From Vicugna vicugna (Eukaryota): a stretch of 64,000 nt of DNA. The position numbers and the translations under genes are program-made. The stretch's first letter is position 1, and each line of letters opens with the position of its first letter. The stretch is taken from NCBI GenBank assembly GCA_013265495.1, contig MU057880.1, forward strand, positions 1,766,527 through 1,830,526, read 5' to 3'. The notes beneath the pieces are model-generated. The model worked only from the letters and a program-made list of their open reading frames with translations. It was not told the DNA's origin and ran no database searches. This document shows, in pieces, positions 12,774 through 27,345 of this stretch.

Positions 12774-13243
12774 ATAATTTTAAGAGTTGATCTGCATCTC
12801 AGAAAAAAGTTTTTTGGTGGAAAACAATCAGGATACTCTGTATTCTTTCCAAAGATGTCTCAATAAATGAGGACAATCTGTGGGGCCACAGTTTTTATTT
12901 TTGGGTCCTGGTAATTCAATTCCACATTTTCAGTCTTGGCTTCTTGTGTAAATTTGTCATTATTGTTATCATTATTGCTTTAGTTCAATCATGATTTGTC
13001 ACCTAAAACTGAGCACTTGTAGTAAATCTAGGGGAAATTAAAGCTCAGAAAGGAAAAGTGAGTAGACTTTGGGTGAGCCACCTATGTCAATGGGAATCAT
13101 TAAATAATTCCTCCTAGTGTCTTCTTTCTCAGTTAGATTCAAAACTGAAAAGCTTGTCCTAGTATTACGACACAGTCATTTGCTATAATATGCTACTTTT
13201 TATTTGATGCCCAAATTGGTGTGGAGTAATGAAAATATGACGG

Positions 13244-13714
13244 TGAGAGGGAGCAGGAAAAGCCACCCCAGAACGGGCCACTTTGGCATGTGGAGATTTC
13301 AGGCTGAAGACAGCGAGGGCCCAGCAGACCCAGGAGCAGCTTTTACCTCCTCCTTAACTGCCTGAAAGAATTAAGACAGGGGTCTGTACCAGGAAGACAG
13401 CTGTTACCAGAGACAACTTTTGTAGCAGAAAGACTTCCTTGCATGGCAGGACAAACATCTGCTTACCCAGCACTTGCTCTCCCCACCTTCCTGTGAATTT
13501 TCCTCCTCCCCTTTGAAGCCACAGACCTCTGCCTCCTTAGCGAGTGACGTACAAGGTGTTAATTACCTGACAGCCAGGTAGTCTCATGCTTTTAATGGGA
13601 ATACTGAACATACAACGTTTGTTTTTCTCCCGTTAATCTGACTTATGTCTGCTCAATTATTAGACCAGTCAAAGAATCCAGGAGAGGAGAAAGGAAAGGT
13701 TTTCCACCTCTACA
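13244..13714 (+). mobile_element. ERV1-class solo LTR (MER4-group, MER39/MER67-like; family tentative)
   Basis: TG...CA termini (tgagaggg...cctctaca); gccaccccagaa...gccactttggcatg 5' motif; ttttctcccgttaatctg 3' motif; 4-bp flanks acgg/aagg (3 of 4 identical) fit an ERV1 TSD. Confidence 0.8.
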
Positions 13715-14097
13715 AAGGGAAATGGCGATGTGCAGCTAGTAGTTATTAATATGAACAGGCACCTTTAAGTAATTCTAAAGGAGTGCCTCACAGCACCTCC
13801 TCATTGTCTCGGTTAACACACTCACTAGACCTAACCTGCTGGAATATTGGATAGTTAACATTTATTAAACCTGAGTTCCCGAGTCTGGGTTTCACTACGT
13901 GCTATGCACTTCCACTGACCAGAACTAAAGACTTTGAACAAAATGCAAACACAGCTCCCTGGAGACACTAAAGGAAAACAAAAGCAAGCAGATTACGCAA
14001 AGGTGTAAAAATTCAAGAAACAACCTGCATGCAGGTGAGCTTCCCAGTGATCTTTTACTTGGTGGGAATTTGCCCCAAGTGCAGGGTTTGTGTGCCT

Positions 14098-14148
14098 TTG
14101 TGTGTGTGTGTGTGTGTCTGTGTGAGTGTGTGTGTCTGTGTCTGTGTA
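14098..14148. repeat. (TG)n microsatellite, imperfect
   Basis: Direct reading. Confidence 0.9.
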
Positions 14149-14670
14149 TATTAGTGTGTTTGTGAGACTAGTTACAGAACAGTATTGACGCCTGGGCGAT
14201 CAAACTTCAAGAGAAACCCAGGCTTTTTGTGAAACAAAGGAGACAAAAGGAGCCTTGCAGCTGCAGAATGGAGGTGGATTCCTTTAGAGGAAAGAGCTGG
14301 TGAAGGAGGATCCCTGAATTCTGTGTATGCAGCCACAAAAATGTCAGATTAACCCCAAACTAGTCACATGCAGGACAGATCCACATCAGCATAGCGGATG
14401 CTTAGAGAACTGAGCTAAAATTTGAACCACCGTCTGTAGAAGGCGAGTTAGAATTTATGATCTCATGTAACCAGTTCGATTTTCGGTTAATACAAACATC
14501 AACATTCTCCAGGGGAGCATTACAGAGAATACACCACATAACAATGTCCAGATACAATTCAAAGTTATTCAGTGTACAAAGAACTAGGGAAATGCAACAA
14601 ATTCTCATGGAAAAATACAATCAATAGACACTGGCCTGGAAATGACCGTGATGTTGGAACCACCACATAC

Positions 14671-14836
14671 TTTTTTTTTGTCTTGTTCTTTTCTATTTGT
14701 TTGTTTGTTTCAGGGGGGAGTAATTAAGGTTTTGTTTGTTTCTTTGTTCATTTGTTTCAATGGGAGTACTGGGGAACTGAACCCAGGACCTCGTGCATGC
14801 TAAGCACATACCCCACCACTGGGCTATATCCCTACC
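14671..14836 (-). mobile_element. Vic-1-like tRNA-Ala SINE inserted into old L1
   Basis: Reverse of the SINE head (gtactggggaactgaacccaggacctcgtgcatgctaagcac...gctatatccc) with T-rich tail on the left. Confidence 0.88.
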
Positions 14837-17800
14837 TGCACCTCTATGACGCACTTTAAATCAGTTATAAAACTCTGTTTCATGAGGTAAATGAAAGCAC
14901 ACCTTGAAATGTATGAAATACAGGAAATTTCAGCAGAGAATTTGAAATTAAAACATAGAACCAAGTGGAAATCTTAAAAGTGGAAAATGCAGTGTCTTAG
15001 ATACAAACTCAATGAATGGACTTAACAGCAGGATGCAAATAACAGAGGAAAGAAATAATGGCCAGGAAAGTACAGCAGTGGGAATGGTCCTATTTGAAGG
15101 CTAGAGAGGAAGAAAAGATTAGAAGAAATTAGCAGAGTTTCAGGGACCTGAGGAACAGTGTCAAGCTCTCAAACATCTGTTTAATTGGAGTTCCAGAAAG
15201 GGAGGATTAAGACATTGAAACACAAAAGATATACAAATGCATAATAGCCATGAATGCCCCAAACTGGAGGAAGACAGAAATTTACAGAGTGAACAAATTC
15301 AGAGCATCTGAATGGGATAAACTTAACAAAAAAAGCATGGATTTTAGATGCATCATAATCAAACTGCAAAAAAGAAAAAAAAAAAAAAGAAAAAAAAAGA
15401 AGAAGCAAAAAGTCCCGAAAGCAGCTAAAGAAAATTGCACGTTACACATGGAGAAGAGTTGATTCAAATCACCATCAATTCCTCATCAGAAACCCATGGA
15501 GACCAGAAGACTGAGGAAGACCATGTTTAAAGCATTGAAAGGAAGCTTTATTTTTTGAAACACATCCTTCAGGAACAAAGAAAAATAACTTCTTTTTCAG
15601 ATCCCAAGGAGATCAGCTATTAACAAAAAAATCCTAAAGGAAGTTTTTCAGTCTGAGGGGAAATAATATCAGAAGGAACTTGGTTGTCCAAAAATGAAGG
15701 AAAGAATAACAGAAATGTAAATCCCAGGATATATATAAAGACAATTTTTCTTATAAGTTAAAAACATACGTTGACTGTTAAAGCAAAATGGCCTGATGTA
15801 GTTATCGATATACGCAGATTTAACACATAATACGTATAACATAAAAGCCAGTAAAGTGTTGACCTATATGTTTGCAAGTTTCTGTAATTTGCATCTAGTA
15901 GACTGTAAAATTTTAGGTATTCATTTAGTAATCCATAGAGCAACTACTATAAAATGTTTGATGAAATACAGCATAAAAGCTAACAGAGTAAAATGAAATA
16001 TTAAAATATATTTATGGAACACAAAAGAAGTCAGAAAGTTAGGAGCAGACTAACAAAAGCAGAGAAGAGAAACAGAACATAAATAAATGCGGTAGACCCA
16101 AATCCAAATACATCAAACATTGTATTAAATGATAAGGGCTCAAACTCCTCAATAAAAGGCAACCCATGACGTAGCATTTTTAAAATCTGAGAGCTTATTG
16201 CAAGATGCCTATAAGAGCTGAAAATCAGTAGACAGAATTAGATATCCAATGCCAGGAGGAAAGACCAGAAGGCTAGGTAACCTGTTTTATGATCTGATGA
16301 TACAATAGACTTAGAGATGAAGGGTCTCCTCACAGTTACAGAGGGACTGTTGCTTAAGATAAAAAATAAATCACCAGAAGCATGTACCATCCTAAATTAG
16401 CCTGTACCTAATGACAGAGCCTCTACACATGCTGAACAAAAACAGAATTAAAAAGAAAAACAGACAATTCCATTATCCCAGTAGATTTTAACCATTCTCT
16501 CTCAGTGACTGATAGAACAATTAGCCAAAAACATCAGTAAAATCATAAAAGATCTGAACAGCACTATGAACCACCTTGATCTGTGGCCAGCTTCTCCACA
16601 CGTAGCCTTCTGAAGAACACATGAGCCGTCACAGAGACTGACCACACGCTCAGAGATTAAACGTCTCCAAATTTAAAGATTATCTTCCTGCAACAAAATT
16701 ACATTAGAAATGAATAAAGATGAAAACAAAAATAAGAAATAAAAAGTAAGAAATTAGAAAATATTTTAATGAAAACTCAAAATACCTGGGATTTAAGAAC
16801 ACACTTCTAAGTAATTCAGAAGTCAAATGTGAACTTGCAAGGGAAATTGTAATCACAGTGAAATACAACATACCTAAATTTGTGCAATGTAGCTAAAGCA
16901 ATCCTTAGCAGGGAACTTAACAACATTAAATGCTTATATTAGAAATAGGAAGGATTTTTTTTTAAAAATCAATAACTATGACCTCGGTTTTACTTTAAGA
17001 ACAAGATTAAAAAAAAAAGAACAATGTAAAGCCAAAATAAGGAGAGGGAAGGAAATTATATGCAAAAAAAAAGTAGAAATTAAGAAATCAGTAAACAGAC
17101 AATGGAGATAATTGGCAAAGATCAGCTGATTCTTTAAAAAGACTAACAAAATCGACCAACCTCTGGCTATTTCATTATAAATCACCAGTATCAGGAATGG
17201 AAAGGAATTATTATGACAGATTATACAGTTTAACACCTAAAGTGTCGACACACTGAAAAGAATGGAAATTTTCAAAAATACATCCAAACAAAAGAGTCAC
17301 AATAAGAAACAGAAAACTTAAGTAGTCCTATATCTATTTCTAAATAAATTTATTATCAAAAAACTCATCTGAAAGAAATTTCTAGGCCCATATGATTTCA
17401 CTGGTAAATTCTACCAAACATTCAAGGAGTAAGTAACATCTATGCTACGTAATATGTTTTTTAGAAAGTTGCAGGAAGAATCATTTTTTGACTCATTTTA
17501 TGAAGCCTGTATGAACTTAACTATTAAAACCTGAGAAAGATACTACAAAAAGGGAACTTTCAGAGCAATGTCACTCATGAATAATTCTTAACAAGGTATT
17601 AGAAAATCAAGTCCATCTATACACAAAAAGGATGTCACAGTATGTTCAGGTAGGTTTATCTCCAGAAAGCAGAGTTGACATAAAATTTTTAAAAATCATT
17701 CAATAAAATTTAACATACTTTTTAAAAAAGGAAAAAAAAGACACATGACAAATTCAATAGAGTTGAGGGGGAAAAAAAGTTTTTGGAGAAATAACACTAA

Positions 17801-19444
17801 TTCATGAGAAAAACCTCCTAGAAAACTAAGAATAATAGACAATTTCCTCAGCGTGATAAAGGGAATCTATGAAAACCCTTCACCCAACAACACACTTAAT
17901 GCTAAGAGAATAAGTCCTTTAGTTGAATTAAACTCTTTCCCCTGAGGAAAGGGAGAAAGCAAGAGTGCTACCTTTGACACTTCTATTCAACATTGTCCTA
18001 GAAAAAAATTATATTATTATAAATAGGCAAAAAACCTGGAAAATAAAATTTAGAAAAAATCAATTTATGGTAGTACCGAAATCCATGAAATACCTAGGAA
18101 TATTTCTATCAAAAGACACCTATTACTTCTACACAGAAACTAAAAATCAATGTGAGAGGTAGAAAGGAAGACCTAAATAAAGGGGGAGATTAAATTCACA
18201 GATAAAAAGGCTTAATATTGTTAAGAAGGCACTTGTCCTGAAATGGAGCAACAGAATTCTTGTCAAAATTTCCGGTAGTTTTTTTGAAGAAGTTGAAAGC
18301 TGATTCTAAAATGTATACAGAAATGCAAAGGACTTGTATATAACAAATAACCAAAGCAATTATATACGTTACACATGGCATGAATATACATATCATATAC
18401 ATAATAAAATATATGTATTTAAAAATGAACAGAGTTGGTTGACTCTCTATGTATGTACAAGAATCAAGACAGTTTGGTGTTGTGAAGAATACAGATCAAT
18501 GACAGATACAGAGATTCTGGAAGTAGACCCACCTGTATGTGGTTAACTGACTTGAAGCAAAGATGCCAAGACAACTCAGTGGGATAAGGAAAGCCTTTTC
18601 AACAGATGATGCTACATCCACTGGATTTCTATTTTTGGGGAAAAAAAGAGCTTCACCCCCTAACACTATAAAGAAAAATTAACTTGAAATGAGTCATAGA
18701 CCTAAATGCAATACTTCGATTTGCAGAAATTCTAAATGAAACTAGAAAACCATCATGATCTTGAAGTGGGAAAAGATTCTAATATAAAGTTTAAAAAAAA
18801 TCACAAAACATGAAAGGAAATATATAAATTGGATTTCACTTAAATTAAAATATGTTGCTGTTTAAAAGCTACCACAGAGAAATAAAAGGCAAGCCACTGG
18901 GAAATACTATTCACAACATACATAGCAGACAGAAGACGTGAATCCTGAATATATGAATAGATTTATGACTCAGTCTTACAAAAATTAGTTATCATAGAAA
19001 TGCAAATTAAAACCACAAACTGAGACAACAGTACTGATTAGATGGACTAAAAATAAGAAGACTGGTCAAATCAAGTGTTATTGAAGATTTTGTGCAACTG
19101 AAATGATCACACACGGCTGCAGTGGAATTAAAATGGCACCTCACCTTCAAAAGCAGCTTGGAATTTTCTTAAAAAGTGAAGCATAAACAAATCAAGTGAT
19201 GCAGCTCTCCAATTCCTAAGGATTTACCTAAGATAACTGAAAACACGTATCTCCAGAAAGACATGTACATAAATGTTGTCTGCAACTTTATTCATACTAG
19301 CCCCAAACTGGAGACAACCCAAATGTCTATCTTATGAGGGAAGATAAACAAAATATGACATATTCAAATAATGGAATATTACTCAATAATAAAAAATGAA
19401 CTACAGATACATACAGTAATAGGAATGGATCTCAAAACTAAACT

Positions 19445-19568
19445 TATTATGCTAATCACTTCATGATGTATGTAATTCAGATCATTGTACTGTACATCTT
19501 AAACTTATACAGTGCTCTATGTTAATTGTATCTCAATAAAACTAGAAGGAAGAAAATAAAACAAGAAA
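19445..19568 (+). mobile_element. Separate L1 3' terminus (L1MA9/10-like)
   Basis: tcattgtactgtacatcttaaacttatacagtg...gtatctcaataaaactagaagg plus A-rich tail. Confidence 0.7.
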
Positions 19569-22500
19569 ATGCTGCAAATAACCATTTGGAAGGGTGATGG
19601 GGGTTGCTGCAATGGTGGACATGCAAGGGAGGGAATGGATCTGAAATTTAAAAGTAGCTAGAACAGGTCGTGAAAATTATTCAGATGTCACAGTGGGGAG
19701 AGTTTGTTTGCCATGGAGAGGAAAACTAAAAAAAAGTCCAAAATAATCTTGGATGACCTAAAAAAATAATAGTAATGCTGTTGAGAGAATCAGGGATTTA
19801 AGTGAAAACCTCTGATTTGGTGGAGAGAACTAGCTTGGGGACAATGGAATGGAGCTTTTGTACCATCTAAGTAGATGGCTCAGTAGACAAGGGAGGGACA
19901 AGTCAGAGCTGGAGGTATTTATTTGGGTGTTAATTCCATGGAAACAGTACTTGAAGTTCTGACTGAAACACAAGGAATAGTGATAAGGGTCAGTTTTATC
20001 TTTTTCTACATCAATATGCTCCTTTTCCTTTAATTTTCAAAGTACAAGAAAACAGTATTTTCCTAAGTACAGCAAAGAGATAAAACAAGAATTTTCTAGA
20101 AAACATCCTAAGGGTGCTTCAACGGCTATTTTGAAAAACAAAGCCCTCTTTTACAGGATAGCTCAAGGTTGCTTTGCTTCAAAGCTTTTCTCCGAAGGAA
20201 ATTATTCCACTCAGCCCCTTATTTCAGATGCGTCTGGTGTTACACCCATGAGGGGCTTACAATGTTAAAGATATTATCATTCAATACTGCACACTATTGA
20301 GTTAAGGGACGTCAATCACCACAAAAACCATCTGATGCCTAATAAAAACAAAATCTTACCCTACCATTCTCATCCTGACCCTGCGAGACATAAAACGTCT
20401 GCTCTGTTGAAATATCTATAGGACAACAGAGGATATAACCGTCACTCTGTAATATCTAGGTCATTTCAAAGGTAACCATACATAGAAAAAGAGAGTTTAA
20501 ATGAACCACTTGTAAATCCCTTCCATATCTGACCCCACACTGAGCAGAGGCTTACTGGCTGCTAGGTACTTTCATTCCCGTAGCATCCTTGAGAGGAGCA
20601 CAGAGATTGATGGAACTAAATTTATCTGCTGAGCTAACCACAGTGCTACAGATAATGCCTCACTCAAGACAGAAGCACTGCAAAAATGGAACAATATATC
20701 CTTTTACAAATGTGCTCGCTATCTTTAAAAACATGCTTTTGATGGAGTTTATACCAAAGAAATGAATTAAAAAAACATTGTACAATGTCCCCCATAAATA
20801 TGTCATATTTGTCTCTTCCCACCTCAGTCCATATTATTCTTACGGAAAGAAAGAGGGTTGGGGTGGAAATAAGATAAAAAAGTGACTTGGACGGTTTTAT
20901 TTCAAAATAACAGAAGGAAGTTAACAGTCTTCGACTCATTCCATTTCCCTCAAGGTCTTCAGGGCATCGTAGAGAGCTATACTCATCTTCAACTGGCAGT
21001 CCGCCGCTCAGCCTCCAAGGACTGCAAACCACTTACAATTTTTAAAGCTGCAATTTAATCTTCACTAGCCTAGACACCATCACTATTCAGAGGGGAGTTC
21101 TAAACTTCAGAACAGTTTTCCAACTTATAACAGAGATACGATTATGTAAAGACTGATTCACTTCTTTCTTAAGACCTGTCCCTACCTTTGAGCAGGCCTA
21201 TTACAAAGTAGTGTGGGCGGGAAGATTGTTTTACCTTGAAGAAGAAAATGCATGACATTGTAGAGACAACTGTCCATCATCTCTACAAATAAATAAACAT
21301 TGTGCACAAGTGTAATCATCATATTCATATAACAACAACTGTATATAAATGGTTAAGAGAGAAATTCATTTTTCTGTGGGCACGGTACACATAAAAGGAT
21401 TACAAGTGAGTAATTAGTGCCAAGAATGAATGTTCTGTGGAGCCCGGGGTCTCTGATAGCTTGTGTTTTTGGCAAATACTTTAATATTTCTGGGTCCCAA
21501 TTTTCTTGTTTTTCAGGTCGAAGTTGTGGCTCCAAGGATGCCTGAGAGCATCTTGTCATAACACTTATGTCTCCCACGATTCTAACACCTTATGTACAGG
21601 ACTGAGTGAAGAGAATAAGGGAGCAATGCTGCTGTTGAAGACTAGGGTTTTTCCATTTTCACAGACTTCGAAATACTATCATCAGCCCTAAATTCCACAC
21701 ACTCTATTTCCTCTCCTTAGCGCTTAGCTGACCTGCCTGCCTATAATGGAGGCTGACTTTTTAGGTCCTTACCGAAGGAGATGGTTGCTTCTTTCAGAAA
21801 GGGCCTTACACTTCCTAGCAATAAAAATGACCTAGGGAAAGTTTTAAACAAGTGGATTTTAGAAATCCTAGGAGCGTGTCCTTTCTTAGAGGTAGACATG
21901 GGTCCTGGACCATTTTCCAGAAAGGCTCTAAGATAGGACCATATCTTCCTCCTTTTCCTTTCTCTTTATGATGACCAAGAGACAAAGGTAGCCCAGGCAT
22001 TAAGACTGAAGGTTCTAGGGGCAAATGAACCTGCTACTCTGATTATATAATGTGTAAAGTTTGTCTTAAATTGTCTTCTCTCCCCAGACTTGCAAAACTG
22101 TTAAACATCTAACCTTTGAGGTTGTGCAGGATTTGGAGAGAAAGCATTTCCATCTGCAGGACTGGCAGAGATGTGGGCCCATAAATAAAGGTCTTCAGTC
22201 CTTTCATAACTTTGAATCTACCCCTAGGTCTGCCCTTGCCTGTTTTTCTGGGGGCAAAGATCCTGTCTGAGATGGATGTTGGTGCTTATAAGCAGTCATA
22301 TAAACCAGATGTTTCAATGACACGTTATCCTAACTGGTGCTCAATTATGCTAAACTCTTTCCACTTGAAGAATTCTGGAGTGTCGACTGCTAATCACTTA
22401 ATGTCCTATAGCATTTTTTAAAATGTTCCCTTTGACAGTTATCACATTGAGCAACTATTAATCCATTCAGGAAGAGATTTTAGCAAATTTGTACACATTT

Positions 22501-22619
22501 AGCCACTGGATTTGTTTGGTTTCATTCTGATTATTACTAATACCACTGTCATTTGAAGTTATTACTAAATTAGCACTGCACAGAATTTGTAAATGTATGT
22601 CTTTTCCTAAATGTAAAAC

Positions 22620-23800
22620 TTAATGCTTAGAAGATTATCTTCTTTTTTAAGTTTGTATTTGTAATGTTAGATATATAAAAATACATGTATTATATATGTA
22701 AGCTATGAAGTAAAACAATTAAATGAACCAGCAGTAAGCTTAGGAGTTAGATTTTACCAGCTTTGTTGAATCTATTTCTGTGCTTTTCCACGACCCCATC
22801 ATCTTGCCTCCTTTAAGGGATAAACACTACTCTGATATATACACATATATTTATTTTTTTTTTCCTACTTTCTTTTTGCTCTTAAAAACACAATAATTAG
22901 AGCACATATCATATGCTGCATGTATCTCCATATAAAAGTACTTAAAAAGAGAGCTTTATTCTAAATTAAAAATAGAACATACATAGAGATCAAGAGTTTG
23001 ATGATTTGAAATGCCATGTATTTTCAGCGATTTTTTTCCCATATGAACATCAGATCCCGGTATAACAGATGTTAAAATCTAGTTAAGGCCAAATAAGTAT
23101 AATCAGCCAAATTCTAATAATTTTTAAAAGAGTTCATTCTATTGACCTGGATGGTGCGTGTGTGTTTTTGAACTTTCGTAATTACTTCTTTCGGGTAAGT
23201 TTCTCTACATGAGATTGCCATAGGTGATGTGCATGCCACCTTGGGATATACACTGCTTAATCACCTCCAGAAAATTATAAACAGTCCATCAACACTGCAT
23301 TAGAACACACACTTCTGCACAGAGCATGGTCACTCGTTCTAATCTAAGAACCTGGCAGGCAAAACAGAATACTTTAAATCTGCATGTGTTTTTACCAGAA
23401 ACATTGAATATAGTTTATATAGACTTACCATTAATATGTAGAGCACGCCTCTCATCCATATTTCTATTGGTTTGTTCAACTTTTTCTTATTGTTTTCATA
23501 TATATAAATCAATATTCTGTCATATGCTATTTTATTACATACTATTTAATAACATTGATTAATTAAGCCATTATTTCTTTCTTTATTCAAAAAAATACAT
23601 TTTAATCAAATAATGAGTTTCCGTAAGTAATTTGATCCACATCTGTTCTTTACTTACGATTTATATTGGGAACCAGTTTGCTATCTATTTGCTTGGATTT
23701 GCTACCTTATTGGTTTGGAATTTTATATAAATAGGTTCCTTTCTCAGATGTAAGCAACATGGAACAAGAAAGCCATCATCTAGATAACTTAACCAAAAAC
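22620..23800 (-). mobile_element. Ancient L1ME-like 3' fragments, antisense
   Basis: Degenerate T-rich sequence with L1ME 3'-like motifs (ggataaacactactctga; gggtaagtttctctacatgagattgc). Confidence 0.45.
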
Positions 23801-24529
23801 TAATTTTGAAATATTCACAAAATCAAAGGAAAAGTAGATCTGAAATCTACATATTATCACTTACGTGTTAGATATGTTATTCAAATTTGCACACACGGGT
23901 TTGAAACTCTTTTCATAATCAATTAGGAACCAGTTGCAATAATAATTGTTAAATATGTCCCAGTTTCAGCTACATTAACAATTCTATCTTACAAACCCCT
24001 AAACTGAAAATACATGTTGGAAAGTAGGAAGACGAGGGTGATGTTTTTAAAGGCTGACTCTGATTAAATATCCATCACTGTGGAGAAAACCAGACAGCCT
24101 TAAAAGAGAATTTTTATTAAAATTGTATTTCTGTGCAGAGGAGGTTGCATCTTGAAAGTATACCCAGCCTTTGAAAACAGTTGGCAGAAACAAAATGTGC
24201 ACTGAGATTTGGAAGAAAGAATTATTATTTCCACTTGCCATAAAATGTGCAAGTTAATAACTGCATTTCTACTCTAACATGATTATAATCTCAGTGAAAT
24301 GTAATACAACATTACTTTTTTGTTATAATTTTTATTGTTAATCATGCGTAAGTGGCACCTCCACTTGTTCATCTCCGAGGGGGAAGCTAAAGAGTTGATT
24401 CTTGATTGCTGCAGCTTTAGAGTAAGTCCTGAAGGCAAGTAGCAGCAGTCACATCCATCCTTTTTCTTCAACATCATGTTGACTGGTCCACATCCTGTGT
24501 CATGCCTTAAGAACTTTAGAATCTATCTG

Positions 24530-27345
24530 TCAATTGTCTATTGGTTTCCTGTTTTCCATTTTATTAATTTCTACTCTATTTTTTTTTCAATTTCTGTTCT
24601 TCTAGAAAGAAAGGTGGAAACTTAGATTGTTGACTGCAGATTTTTCTTCTATTCTAATGTATGAATTCAATACTCCAATTTCCCTATAGTCATTGTGTTC
24701 ACTGCGTATCTCAGATTTTGAAGTTGTGTTCTTATTTTCCTTTAGTTCAAAATATTTTAAAATTTCTCTTGCAATTTCTCCTTTGATCCATATTTTACAT
24801 AGAAATGCGTGGTTTAATCTCTGCATATTTGGGAATTCTCCAGCTATTTTTCAGTTATTGGTTTCTAGTTTAAGTCCACTGTGGTCTGAGAGCAGATATT
24901 GTATGATTTCACATCTTTTAAATTTGTTAAGTTTTGTTTTATGGTCCACAACACAGTCTATCTTGGCGAATATTCCTCGTAAGCTTAAGAAAAATGTGCA
25001 TTCTGGTGCTGTTAAATGAAGTAGTCTGCAGACGTCAATTCTATCTGGTTGATTGATGGTGTTTAGTGAGTTTAACTCTGTCCTCGCTGATTTTCTGCCT
25101 GCTGGATCTGTTCATTTCTGAGAGAAGGGTGTTGAAGTCTCCAGTTCTGACAGTAGATTTACCTATTTCTCCTTGCAGCTCTATTAGTTCTTACTTCATG
25201 GAGTTTGACCCTGTTGTTAAGCACATACACACTGAGAACTATTACGGTCCTGGAGAACTGACCCCTTTATCATGTTGTGCCCTTGGTTCCCTGACAGCCT
25301 TCCTTAAGTTGAAGTCGGCTCTGTCTAAAATTGATGTAGTTACTTTTTCTTTCCTTTAAATAATATATATATTTTTCTACCCCTTTACCTTTAGTTTATA
25401 TGTCTTTGTATTTAAAATGGGTTTCTTGTAGACAACAGATAGTTGGGTCATGGTTTTTGATTCACTCTGACAGTCTCTGTGTCTTAGTTGGTATATTTAG
25501 ACCATTGACATTCACAGTGATTATTGACTTAGCCGAATTGATAGCTACCATATATGTCACTATTATCCACTGTTGCCCATGGTCTTAGTTTCTATTCTTG
25601 TCTTCTACCCTTTCTCTACCTTTTGTAATTGAAGCTGGGAATTCTATATGATTTTCTCTCTTTTCTTGGCATGTATTATACTTCTATTTCACATTTTCAG
25701 TGATTGCCCTCAAGTTGGAAGTGCACATTTACAACTAATCCATTCTGCTTTCAAATAACACTTCACTACTTCACGGCAGTATGTGTGCCTTACAATAACA
25801 GAATAATCTGGACCCTTCCTCCCGTCATTTTTATCTGTGCTGTCATTCATTTCACTTACATATGTGCAGACATAAGCATGTATAATCAAACATGTTGTTG
25901 CTGTTATTACAATTGAACAGAATTTTCTGTTAGATCAATTCAGAATAAGAAAAATAAAAGTTTTATTTACTTATTCCTTCTTCAATGCATATATGTATGT
26001 GTGTGTGTTTGTGTATATATATATAAAAATAAGTTTGGTGGGGTTTTCTTCTCTCCACACTAAATATTTAACCCCACTCTCTTCTTGTTTTCCAGGAGTT
26101 AAATCTTGTTCTTATATTTGCTTCCCTGGCTTCTTTCAGAATTTTTTTTTTCTCATTGATTTTCTATAATTTGAAAGTAATATGCCTAAGTGTAGGTTTT
26201 TTGGTGTTTATCCTTCTCAGTATTCTCTGAGCTTCCTGGTAGTTTGCCGTCTCATACTACTTTGCAGAAATTCTCAGTAATTATTGTTTTAAATATTTCT
26301 TCTGCCTCTCTCTCCCTTCCTTGTCCTTCTGGTGTTCCCATTATGCATATGTCCCATAGTCCTTTGGTCTCCTGTTCTGTTTCTTTTCAGCCTTTGTTCT
26401 TTTTACTCTTTGGTTTTCAAGGATTCCGTTAGTACGTCCTCTAGGTCAATCTTTCCTCAGCCATATCCAATCTACTAATTAGCCCATGAAAGGCATTTTT
26501 ATTTCTGATACAGTGTTTTTTTCTATCTCTAGTGTTTCTTTTCGGTTCCTTCTCAGGATGTCCATGTCTCTGCCGACACTGACCATGAGTTCTTGCACGC
26601 TCTCTACTTTACGTATTAGAGTCCTTAGTGTATTAATCATGGTTGTTTCGAACCCCTGCTCTGATCATTCCAATATCCCTGTCATGTCTATCTCTTCAAA
26701 CTGTGATTTTTACCTTTTGGTGTGTCTTGTGTTTTTCTTCTTGATAACTAAGCATGATGCCCCAGGTAGAAGGACCTGCTGTAGACATGCCTGCAGTGAT
26801 GTGGCTGATGGTGGGGGAGAGGAGCATCCTCCAGCCCTGTGACTGGGAGTCAGTCGTCCTGTGAGCTGGTGCCTCTGCAAGCGTCTCTGTTCTTCTCTCC
26901 CCCATTCGGTGGGGCAGGATGGCTAGAGTGGACTGGGGTTGTGTCTTCTCCTTCCCCCGGTCAGTTAGGCTTTGATAATAACCCAGCAGGCGAGGCTGTG
27001 GTTAACTTGTTCCTCCTGATGGCAGCCTTGTTAAGACGAACACAGTGCTCTGGTTTATTTCAAAAGGGTCCCCTCTGCTTCCACACCCCCATCCCCCAGC
27101 TCCCAATATACAACCCAGGGTATTTTTCTCTGATATTTACCATGGGGATCTGGTCTAGCTCCTGGAGGTAAATCTCAATTACTGTGGGGCCCCCTCTAGT
27201 GTCTGGAACCCCTGGAGTTTTAACTCTGAGTTACCTACATTGAGCCTCTAGCAATTCACCCATTACAGTTTAGGTCTCCTCCCCAGCACTGATGCCCACA
27301 GCCATTTCCTCTGTGAGTCTCCACTCTGGAAGCCCCAACCCCCTT
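24530..27345 (-). mobile_element. Old LINE-1 (L1M/L1MC-like) 5' half, antisense: ORF2 EN region, ORF1 remnant, 5' UTR
   Basis: Reverse L1 motifs: ccactgtggtctgagag, gttgaagtctccag, tttcttgtagacaacagatagttgggtc, ttctctgagcttcctgg; minus ORF 24602-24826 'EIAREILKYFELKENKNTT' is L1 ORF2-like. Confidence 0.88.

Larger units (their letters stand above)
13900..19440 (+). mobile_element. Long degenerate old LINE-1 (L1MC/L1MD-like) with 5' region, ORF1 and ORF2 remnants and internal deletions
   Basis: Colinear L1 landmarks: ORF1 (aattggagttccagaa, catcataatcaaactg), EN region (~16.1-16.8 kb), RT (ttcactggtaaattctaccaaacatt; 'LLFNIVLE'), C-terminus (gcaaattaaaaccaca; ccccaaactggagacaacccaaatgtc). Many stops and frameshifts. 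Confidence 0.88.

Noticed and set aside
20664..21032. 122-aa minus-strand ORF
   Set aside because: Non-ATG start, no homology recognised and no consistent splice structure.
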